Below the pieces are notes generated by a model. It searched no databases. It was not told the origin of the DNA and worked only from the letters and a program-made list of their open reading frames with translations. Below are positions 17,701 through 25,057 of a stretch of 25,225 nucleotides of DNA, piece after piece (position 1 is the first letter of the stretch; each line of letters starts with the position of its first letter). This stretch comes from a virus. Lineage: Duplodnaviria; Caudoviricetes. The DNA is taken from positions 1-25,225 of the IMG/VR virus record IMGVR_UViG_3300017724_000077; one strand, 5' to 3'. The position numbers were made by a program, and so were the translations under genes.

Positions 17701-18654
17701 TTATGCAGATTGAATTTGTACTGCTGCTTCGGGTCTTAGTACGCCATGACCTGCTGCATATTTTGCAACCATCAATGTACCTTGCCTACGAATATCGTAT
17801 TCGCTTTCAACAGCTAAATCCATTAGTTTTACTGTACCCACAGCAGAAGTGTGAGACACAATCGCTAGAGTATTTGCAGCAGCAGCAACTTGTGCTCCCC
17901 CTGCTCCACCTGCATCAACCCCTGTGCCTGTTACGTTAGCAGTTGGTAGATGTGGTGTTTTGATTAGGTTTACACCTGCAATCTGTGGAACTGTACCATC
18001 AGCAATAGAACCTCTACCACTAAAATCTACATTTACAGCATTAGATGCGTTAGCAAGTAAGTAATACTGTGCAGGTTTAAGGTAACAGAAACGTCCATCA
18101 GCAGGAACATAAGCATCATCTAGTGCTTCAGCAGCATCATAGATAGCAGCAATCAAGTCAGCAGATACTGTACCTGCGTTTGCAGAAGTAATAACTGTAC
18201 CTGCAGCGTAGCCTGTATCGCCTACGTTTGCAGAAGCTGCTGCAGCTTGAACCATAGTTTGAAGGATATGCTTATCCATTTGGAAAGCGAGTGCACGTCC
18301 CATTTCGGCAGAGTAAACTGACCTTACATCATAGTGATTTTTAGCTTCCTGAATATTTGCAATGAAATGCGAACTAAGTAGCAAGTCGTTAATAGTAATT
18401 ACTTTTTCAGCATGATTAATATCAGTACCATTAATCTCTGCTCCTGGGGTATGATAGGCAGCAGAACTTCGTCCCATGACAGGGAATTGTGCTGACTTAC
18501 CTGAAGCAATAGTACGTACCATATGCTTATCCATAGCTACAGTAGACTGCTCAAAACTAGCGAGGACTTCCCCACTAAATTGTTTTAGGAACAAAACATC
18601 TGCTGTTCCTGTATTATTTATCTGACCTAAATCAGATGGGTTTGCGTTAGCCAT
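17701..18654 (-). CDS. Major capsid protein (gp10-like)
   Basis: 317 aa; LFLKQFSGEV, RTIASGKSAQFPVMGR, EKVITINDLL, YDVRSVYS.EMGRALA, YAAGHGVLRPEAA match T7 gp10. Confidence 0.97.
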   Translation of the reverse strand: MANANPSDLGQINNTGTADVLFLKQFSGEVLASFEQSTVAMDKHMVRTIASGKSAQFPVMGRSSAAYHTPGAEINGTDINHAEKVITINDLLLSSHFIANIQEAKNHYDVRSVYSAEMGRALAFQMDKHILQTMVQAAAASANVGDTGYAAGTVITSANAGTVSADLIAAIYDAAEALDDAYVPADGRFCYLKPAQYYLLANASNAVNVDFSGRGSIADGTVPQIAGVNLIKTPHLPTANVTGTGVDAGGAGGAQVAAAANTLAIVSHTSAVGTVKLMDLAVESEYDIRRQGTLMVAKYAAGHGVLRPEAAVQIQSA

Positions 18655-18663
18655 AATAAATGA

Positions 18664-18679
18664 CTCCTTTTTAAAGTTA
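18664..18679 (-). promoter_or_regulatory. Strong RBS with T7 gene-10-leader-like translational enhancer
   Basis: Minus strand TAACTTTAAAAAGGAG versus the T7 g10 leader TAACTTTAAGAAGGAG. Confidence 0.7.
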
Positions 18680-18800
18680 GTTAAGTTTAAGTTTAGTTTT
18701 CGTTCTTAACTCGCCAACCTCATTTTGCAAGAGTGTCCTTATATAAGGGTCTAGTTTTGGTCTGTCTTGTCTGAACTATTTAGCATACTAGATAGTATGA

Positions 18801-19547
18801 CTAAGTGATTGATTTACTTCGCCCAAGTTTTCCTTCAACTTTTGCTCGGTAAGCAGGGTCTTTAGCATATTTAGGGTCTTTCATGTCACTTGTCACTTCA
18901 GCCCATGATGTATATGTGTCCATGCTTTCTGATGCTTTACCACCTACTAGATTAGGGGTAGTACCAGTTTGTAATTTATAACGTGCAGCTAAAGCATCTA
19001 TAGCTAATTTAGCTTGTTCTAAATCACCTGAATTAACTGAATTGTTGTAAGCTGTTTTTTCAGATTCAGACATATTATTAGATGCCCAATCTGTTATTTG
19101 TTTATAATTTTCTTCACCACCTACAGAACTAAATACATTTTGTTTCATATTTTCAGACACAGCTTTTTGCCCTTCAATATAAGCGTCTACTACTTCTTTA
19201 GGAATACCTTTTTCATCTAATAGTTTATAATTGTCTTCCGATAATTGACCATTAGTAACATAATCCTCTGTCATAGCAGCAAAATCTAAGCCTACATTTT
19301 CTACAGCTTCCTGTGCATCATCAATAGATAACTCTGTGTTCTCGTTTTGTTCTTCAGTCTTGTCATTTTGTCGTTGTTGTGTAAATTGTTTTTCTAATTC
19401 ACTATAGGCGTTAGCCATATCTTCAGGATTTTTAAATTTCTCAGGCAACCATTCAGGGCGTTCTTGCTCCTGTTTTGGTTCTGTATCACTAGGGGCATCT
19501 GCACCTGTAATACTACCTTCCATTTCAATAGTTTGTGTATCACCCAT
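18801..19547 (-). CDS. Capsid assembly scaffolding protein (gp9-like)
   Basis: 248 aa, acidic; ERPEWLPEKF, AYSELEK, VGGEENY...WA, MKDPKY.KDPAYRAKVE.KL C-terminus. Confidence 0.93.
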   Translation of the reverse strand: MGDTQTIEMEGSITGADAPSDTEPKQEQERPEWLPEKFKNPEDMANAYSELEKQFTQQRQNDKTEEQNENTELSIDDAQEAVENVGLDFAAMTEDYVTNGQLSEDNYKLLDEKGIPKEVVDAYIEGQKAVSENMKQNVFSSVGGEENYKQITDWASNNMSESEKTAYNNSVNSGDLEQAKLAIDALAARYKLQTGTTPNLVGGKASESMDTYTSWAEVTSDMKDPKYAKDPAYRAKVEGKLGRSKSIT

Positions 19548-19549
19548 TA

Positions 19550-19699
19550 TTATTTAGTCCCCCTACGAATAAGGTTTCCATTTTTATTTATGTAGGTAAC
19601 ACCATCTTCGGCTTTCTCCACACCCTGCCATGTAGGATATTCCTTTTTAACAGGAGTTTCCTTTTTTGGTTCTAGTTTGTTAAGAGTTTTTTCAGTCAT
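19550..19699 (-). CDS. 49-aa hypothetical protein between portal and scaffold (not in ORF track)
   Basis: Hand translation MTEKTLNKLEPKKETPVKKEYPTWQGVEKAEDGVTYINKNGNLIRRGTK; TAAGGA RBS; fills the gap almost exactly. Confidence 0.8.
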   Translation of the reverse strand: MTEKTLNKLEPKKETPVKKEYPTWQGVEKAEDGVTYINKNGNLIRRGTK

Positions 19700-19707
19700 T
19701 TTAATCC

Positions 19708-21336
19708 TTATTGCGTTGGTTGTTGTTGTTGTGCCATAGCTGCCATCTGTTCTTGCATAGCTGCTGCAGCATCAGGGTCATTTTCTGCCCTTTTGTTGAC
19801 TCCCTTTACCATTTCTTTTGCAACTCCTGGGAGTGTTGCTTGTTGCATTTGTGCTTGTTGCTGTTCTTGCATCATTTGTTGTTGTTGCATTTGTGCTTGT
19901 TGCTGTTCTTGTTGTATATCTTCTTCAGTCTTAATAAGACCTACAGTATCAATCCCATGCCCTGTAGCTAATCTAGCAATTAAATCGCCAAAATTAACTC
20001 TTTGTAAAGTTTCAGGGTTTGCTTGAGCAAGTTGCACAATATCTTGTATAAAAGTTCTTAGCTTGTTTAAATCGTTTCCTCTACCTAACGCTTCAACTCC
20101 TGTTACAATTACAGGATTTACAGTTCCTTTAGGTAGTTTAGGTATTTTATTTGCACTAGACATCTTATCCATTAATATATGGACAATAGGTAATTGCATT
20201 TCTTGAGACAAAATTGAATATACACCACCTAGAGCAGACTCAAGTTCTTGTGCCATAAACCGAATTTCTTCAGCAGTAACACGTTCTGCCTGTCGTTGTA
20301 TTGATGTATTTAAAAGAAATGCGAAAGCTAGTCTATCTTCAATTCTTTTTACTGTTTCTAATACCACACGCATATCATGTGATTTTTCAGTTTGTAATAC
20401 TTTTACGTCTTCAGGCATCCCACCTATAACAGCACCATTCTTTGCTGAAGTTAAGTCTCGCCTTTTGACTGAAGCATTGGGTCTAACTAAGAATACTAAC
20501 TTTGAAGAAGCTGCTGCTGCAGAAACAAGTGATTCCATAAGCCCCTCAAGACTTTTTAAATCTCCAATATATTCTTCAACATATGAACGCCCATAATCTT
20601 CACCATCTAGGTGAACCATGCGTAATGCTCTCCAAGGTAACAATTCCTTTTTGTATGTACCCCTAGATTCAGGTACTACTTGACCTTCTACTTCTTGGTA
20701 TATTTCATAGTTATCAATATCTGTTCTATATATTTTTGTATAGATTTTTATTAGTTCGTCTTTTTCGTAGTCAATACCTTCCATATTTTCAGGTAAAACC
20801 TGTGGAGATATTTTTTCTTCTACGATTGCTTCTAGTAATTCACCATTAGGGTCACGTTTACATACATAACTACTTAATGGAAAAACTCTAATACCACCTT
20901 TTTTTGGTAAGTGTACTAATACATTACCTGATATAATTAAATGCTTTAGTGCTTCAAACACATGGACACGCATAGCAGAGGTTTCTATTTCCCCTGAAAT
21001 TTCTCTCTCAATACCTGCAAGTCCATCTTCTATCTGTGCCCGTAAATCACCACTTTGGTCTAACTCAGCTTTAGTAGCTGTATCCATAGCTAACCTAAAG
21101 AAAGGTGCGTTAGGTGGAAACAATAACAAAAGCAATTTTGACGCTAAATTATTGACACCCCTTGCTCCTGTGCTTTGAAAAGGTTGGTATAAATCTGTAA
21201 CTGAACTAAATCCTTCAGGTGGTATAAGAGCAGGTAAAGTTAATTCTGAACATTCCCTTGCTCTATCTAAGTATACTTCCCTATCAGCAGTTAGTTTGTG
21301 ATATTTTTGGGCACACGTACTTTGATTATCGTGCAT
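19708..21336 (-). CDS. Head-tail connector / portal protein (gp8-like)
   Basis: QSTGARGVNNLASKL, GEDYGRSYVEEYIGDL.SLE, AERVTAEEIR, TGVEALGRGNDL motifs; start placed at ATG 21336 (542 aa) rather than TTG 21360. Confidence 0.96.
   Translation of the reverse strand: MHDNQSTCAQKYHKLTADREVYLDRARECSELTLPALIPPEGFSSVTDLYQPFQSTGARGVNNLASKLLLLLFPPNAPFFRLAMDTATKAELDQSGDLRAQIEDGLAGIEREISGEIETSAMRVHVFEALKHLIISGNVLVHLPKKGGIRVFPLSSYVCKRDPNGELLEAIVEEKISPQVLPENMEGIDYEKDELIKIYTKIYRTDIDNYEIYQEVEGQVVPESRGTYKKELLPWRALRMVHLDGEDYGRSYVEEYIGDLKSLEGLMESLVSAAAASSKLVFLVRPNASVKRRDLTSAKNGAVIGGMPEDVKVLQTEKSHDMRVVLETVKRIEDRLAFAFLLNTSIQRQAERVTAEEIRFMAQELESALGGVYSILSQEMQLPIVHILMDKMSSANKIPKLPKGTVNPVIVTGVEALGRGNDLNKLRTFIQDIVQLAQANPETLQRVNFGDLIARLATGHGIDTVGLIKTEEDIQQEQQQAQMQQQQMMQEQQQAQMQQATLPGVAKEMVKGVNKRAENDPDAAAAMQEQMAAMAQQQQPTQ
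19840..19911. repeat. Perfect 30-nt direct repeat (42-nt period) in the Gln-rich portal C-terminus
   Basis: TTGTTGCATTTGTGCTTGTTGCTGTTCTTG at 19840-19869 and 19882-19911, encoding QEQQQAQMQQ twice. Confidence 0.9.
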
Positions 21337-21352
21337 AATGAAACCCTTTTTA

Positions 21353-21556
21353 TTAAGCAATATTTAAGCCTGAACCACCACTTGACATATTCAAATCGGT
21401 ACGTAGCATTTGTTTACCAATTTTAGCTTTTTTAGGTTTGTTAGAACCCGTCATCATATGAGGTGTGTTTGCATAAAGTTCTTCTTTAGTCATTGGCTTT
21501 TCTTCTTGTTTTACTGGTGCAGGTGCTGCAGGAGCACGTGGTGATGGAATACACAT
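21353..21556 (-). CDS. Small virion-associated protein, gp6.7/7.3-like
   Basis: MC start, Pro-rich N-terminus (MCIPSPRAPAAPAP), basic KIGKQMLRTDL, GSGLNI end; directly upstream of portal; start at 21556 or 21565. Confidence 0.65.
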   Translation of the reverse strand: MCIPSPRAPAAPAPVKQEEKPMTKEELYANTPHMMTGSNKPKKAKIGKQMLRTDLNMSSGGSGLNIA

Positions 21557-21557
21557 T

Positions 21558-21755
21558 TTATTCATCCTTATTAATGTTGTTGTTTTCCCTAGCCTGTAAT
21601 TCTAAGAGCCAATAAATAACTGACCTTTGACCTGCTTCGTACATAATTTCATTTAAAGTTTGTTCAACTCGTGCACATCTTTCAGGGAATATTTTGTTTA
21701 GTTTTTCTATTAAATCATTGACATTTAATGGGAGTCTTTCATCTAAATCTTCCAT
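21558..21755 (-). CDS. 65-aa hypothetical protein (gp6.5 position)
   Basis: GAGGA RBS; FPERC...IMYEAGQRSVI motif; first gene after the candidate late promoter. Confidence 0.8.
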   Translation of the reverse strand: MEDLDERLPLNVNDLIEKLNKIFPERCARVEQTLNEIMYEAGQRSVIYWLLELQARENNNINKDE

Positions 21756-21766
21756 ATATCTATCCT

Positions 21767-21784
21767 CTTAATGAGTGGGTATTA
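21767..21784 (-). promoter_or_regulatory. Candidate phage RNA polymerase late promoter (phi6.5-equivalent), TAATACCCACTCATTAAG
   Basis: Intergenic, directly after the nrdJ stop at the replication/structural gene boundary; 17/18 copy at 352-369; T7-like architecture ending in a purine-rich start region. Confidence 0.78.
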
Positions 21785-23482
21785 TTATTCACATTCTTTT
21801 TGTCCAGTAGCAGGGTCAATAAAACACGCTTCTGCTTTAGGTGTTTCTTCTTCTACAACTTCATTTAAGATGCCATACCTTTTACCTGCTGCTCTGAATG
21901 TTGTAATACCTTTACAACCTAACTCCCATGCTTCTGTGTATAACTGTTTAAATTCTTGGTAATTAACATTGTTACCTACGTTACAAGTTTTTGACACAGC
22001 ACTATCAACATATTTTGACACTAAAGCTAATACTTCTAAATGTTCTTTAGCACTAATTTCATTAGCAGTACGACTACTAACGCCTTGAGTGTACGCATAA
22101 TCTTCTACACGTTGAACAGTATGCCCATCAAATTGTTGTATTGTCCTGTCGTAGTACAATGAATAAGGTGGTTCAATACCTGAACTTACATTATCTGCAG
22201 TTAAACTAATTGTGCCTGTTGGTGCAATAGAGGTAAGGTGTGAGTTACGAATACCACATTCTTTAATTTTATCTTGTACCCAAGGGCTAAGAGTTTTTAC
22301 AAATTTACTTTGTAAGTATTGATATTCATCATATAAAGGAAAACTACCTTTTTCTTTTGCTAAATCACAAGACGCAGAATAACAATGGTCACGTAATTCT
22401 GTCATTACTTTTTCTGTGAACTCATTGAAACCTTTTGACGCATAAGGATAACCACACATTTCAGCAGCGTTTGCCAAACCAGTAACTCCTAAACCCATAC
22501 GTCTTTTATTAAGTGCTTCTGCTTTTTGTTCTTCTAATGGGTAGATAGTCCTATCCACAACATTATCCATTGCTCTTACAACTACATGGATATCCCTTAC
22601 AAACGCACCAAAATCAAAAGACTTATCCCATACATATTTAGTAAGATTAAAAGAACCCAACAGACAAGCACCGAATTGTGGTAGAGGTTGTTCTCCACAT
22701 GGGTTAGTTGCAGCGATAGTTTCACAGTAATGTAGGTTGTTCATTTTATTAATAGTATCAATAAACAATACCCCAGGTTCTGCCCAATCCCATGTGCTTC
22801 TCATAATCATATCCCACAAAGCAACAGGGTCTACTTCCTTGTAGACTTTACCTTCATAGGTTAGAGGGAAAGGGCGTTCTTCTTTTAAACATCTCATAAA
22901 TTCATCTGTTACTCCTACAGAAATATTAAAACCTGTAAGTGATGTTGAGTTTTGTTTTGCTGTAATAAACTGCTCAATGTCGGGGTGGTCAATACGTAGC
23001 ACACCCATTTGTGCTCCACGCCTATGTCCTGATGAAGCAATAGTCTGACAAACAGAATCAAAGATGCCCATAAAAGAAACAGCACCTGATGCTTTAGAGT
23101 CTAAAGATTTAATTAAATCTCCTCTTGGGCGTAGCTTAGAAAAATCATAACCAATACCACCACCTCTACGCATAGTTTCTGCAGCTTGGGATGCTCTACC
23201 CATAATACTATCCATTGAATCGTCAATAGTTCCTGACACAAAACAATTAAATGCAGTTGTCTTGCGAGTTGCCCCCATAGCATTTTGCACTCTACCTGCA
23301 GGGAGAAAACGCATAGTACGTAAAGCATCTTTAAATTCTTCAAAGTGAGTTGCACTATCTTTTAGTGCTCCTGCAATACGAACAATTTTTGAATAAAAAT
23401 CTTCCCCCTTTTGTCTGTATTTAATTGTGTCTATTTCTTCTGATATTGGTAATGTCATTCCATAGTGACGATTCGGTATCAT
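21785..23482 (-). CDS. nrdJ: Class II adenosylcobalamin-dependent ribonucleotide reductase
   Basis: 565 aa; FLPAGR, NCFV, GGGIGYDFS.LRP, RRGAQMG, TNPCGEQPL (thiyl-radical Cys), CLLGSFNL, IAPTGTIS; KGITTFR in place of the class I tyrosine dyad; no adjacent beta subunit; no ATP cone; C-terminal Cys pair. Confidence 0.9.
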   Translation of the reverse strand: MIPNRHYGMTLPISEEIDTIKYRQKGEDFYSKIVRIAGALKDSATHFEEFKDALRTMRFLPAGRVQNAMGATRKTTAFNCFVSGTIDDSMDSIMGRASQAAETMRRGGGIGYDFSKLRPRGDLIKSLDSKASGAVSFMGIFDSVCQTIASSGHRRGAQMGVLRIDHPDIEQFITAKQNSTSLTGFNISVGVTDEFMRCLKEERPFPLTYEGKVYKEVDPVALWDMIMRSTWDWAEPGVLFIDTINKMNNLHYCETIAATNPCGEQPLPQFGACLLGSFNLTKYVWDKSFDFGAFVRDIHVVVRAMDNVVDRTIYPLEEQKAEALNKRRMGLGVTGLANAAEMCGYPYASKGFNEFTEKVMTELRDHCYSASCDLAKEKGSFPLYDEYQYLQSKFVKTLSPWVQDKIKECGIRNSHLTSIAPTGTISLTADNVSSGIEPPYSLYYDRTIQQFDGHTVQRVEDYAYTQGVSSRTANEISAKEHLEVLALVSKYVDSAVSKTCNVGNNVNYQEFKQLYTEAWELGCKGITTFRAAGKRYGILNEVVEEETPKAEACFIDPATGQKECE

Positions 23483-23827
23483 TTACTGCTTCCCTTCTTC
23501 ATTTTTAATTAATAGTTCTAAGTTTCGTATTGCTTTCTTTAAGTCAGTAATACCATTCTTCATTCGCCACCGACTAACGTATTTAATAACAGACCCCTCA
23601 CAAAAATCTAAATCGTTTGCTAGGATGTATGTCATTGGTTGTATCTTGAGTGTGTTATAATGACTTGGATTAACGGGGCAATCTTCTTCAACCTCATCAA
23701 ATAAAGTGTATTGTTTTAACAACTCTTTCTGTTCTTCTTCTTCCCTTGACCTTCTTGCCATATAATCTAAATGACGTTCATGTTCCTCAGTAGCTTTCTT
23801 TGTAGGGACGTTTATCATTGTTGTCAT
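23483..23827 (-). CDS. DUF3310 family protein (T7 gp1.7-like nucleotide kinase domain)
   Basis: VNPSHY...IQP...FCEGSVIKYVSRW..KNG..DLKKA signature. Confidence 0.85.
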   Translation of the reverse strand: MTTMINVPTKKATEEHERHLDYMARRSREEEEQKELLKQYTLFDEVEEDCPVNPSHYNTLKIQPMTYILANDLDFCEGSVIKYVSRWRMKNGITDLKKAIRNLELLIKNEEGKQ

Positions 23828-24552
23828 TTAGGACTCCATTCTCTAGGTTGGTCAAATTCAAAATTGTAGTCTTCTGCTCTTAATATTCTAGCTAACCTAG
23901 CTTGTACTAAAGCATCTTCTTTTGTGTAACCTGCTTTGATGAAAGCATCTTCAACACTTTTCCATACAGGTACTTTAAGTATTGTTTTCGCTTTAACCTC
24001 GCCAACCCCTCGTAGTCCACTATATCCATCAGTAGTATCGCCCTTCAATGTTTGTAATAGATGGTTGTAATCTGCTTCTTCTTCACTAATATCTAACATC
24101 TCCCCCTGTCTCCACAATAAGGAAGGTATTGTCATCATGTCTTTATCTTCAGACACAATTACTTTTTCTCCTTCTATTATTTGATTACAAGTAGCTAAGA
24201 TACCCATGACATCATCAGCTTCTAATCCTGTCCATTGTTCGGTACGATAGTTATCCTCTATCCATTTCTTTAAAGGTAGATAGATAACAGGTTTTCTTTT
24301 ACCTTTACGATTAGATTTATAAGTAGGTTCGATTGTTTTACGAAAGTTATCCTTATCAGAAAAACAAAATAACATATCATCTGCTAAAGTCTTTTCCATT
24401 AGAATATCTAAATATTGTAGGATTAACTGTTTACCTTCTTTTGCATCTGCCCACATTGACCATACGTCATCACCCCAATCTACTTCCTGTTCTACTGTAG
24501 AAGCATATTGGTAGACAACAATATCGCCATCAATTAGAAGCGTCCTTGCCAT
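23824..24552 (-). CDS. 5'-3' exonuclease (T7 gp6-like)
   Basis: LLIDGDIVVY, YKSNRKGKRKP, LEADDVMGIL, DKD, GDTTDGYSG, QARLARILR. Confidence 0.95.
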   Translation of the reverse strand: MARTLLIDGDIVVYQYASTVEQEVDWGDDVWSMWADAKEGKQLILQYLDILMEKTLADDMLFCFSDKDNFRKTIEPTYKSNRKGKRKPVIYLPLKKWIEDNYRTEQWTGLEADDVMGILATCNQIIEGEKVIVSEDKDMMTIPSLLWRQGEMLDISEEEADYNHLLQTLKGDTTDGYSGLRGVGEVKAKTILKVPVWKSVEDAFIKAGYTKEDALVQARLARILRAEDYNFEFDQPREWSPK

Positions 24553-25057
24553 TGATTTTCTCCTTGAAAAGTTTAAGTGTGTCTGTAGAAAAGAGTTTAG
24601 ATAAATTAACTAAGAACATTTTGGATGCCCAATTATCTCCACCCTTGACAACCTTATGGTCATCTAGTTTCTCAACAATATTTTTTAACATTGGTGTTGA
24701 GAATACCAACGTACAATAGACTTCATCATCTATTGCTAAATTATGAAACCAATAATCAGATTCAGTAGCATTGATACCTGAAGGTTTACCATAAGATTCA
24801 AACTCAATAGCAATATTTCCTGTCTTGCTCCACATACCACGTTCTGTTTTAACTTCAATCTTTTTATCTTGGAGCATGGAAATTATTTTTTCTTCATGTA
24901 CTTTTCCATAAGCTAAATCAATATCAAATTTCTTTCTGTTTTCTTTAGTGGGTTTCAGACCAGTTGCTACCGACTTTATATTCCCCGTCAAGTTGGCATC
25001 TGATACTGAAGAACTCTCCTGCCTTTTTAATCGACTCGATTGCTGTGTTACCGACAT
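24530..25057 (-). CDS. Hypothetical protein with PD-(D/E)xK-like EVK motif; start uncertain
   Basis: KFDIDLAYG...KIEVKTER...TGNIAIE...SGI.AT.SDYW; overlaps the polymerase 3' end and the exonuclease 5' end. Confidence 0.7.
   Translation of the reverse strand: MSVTQQSSRLKRQESSSVSDANLTGNIKSVATGLKPTKENRKKFDIDLAYGKVHEEKIISMLQDKKIEVKTERGMWSKTGNIAIEFESYGKPSGINATESDYWFHNLAIDDEVYCTLVFSTPMLKNIVEKLDDHKVVKGGDNWASKMFLVNLSKLFSTDTLKLFKEKINGKDASN

Noticed and set aside
17644-17720. T7-style capsid frameshift (10B) or capsid-gp11 fusion
   Set aside because: No slippery site seen near the capsid end; the terminator follows within about 10 nt and the gp11 frame has a TAA just before the TTG in the hairpin loop.
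19711-20026. Plus-strand ORFs rich in Cys (CCICACCCSC) or Leu/His
   Set aside because: Antisense shadows of the CAA/CAG-rich portal C-terminus; no RBS; not a metallothionein.
21785-23482. Intein or intron in nrdJ, or a class I alpha subunit
   Set aside because: Motif spacing is compact and uninterrupted; no tyrosine dyad and no adjacent beta subunit.
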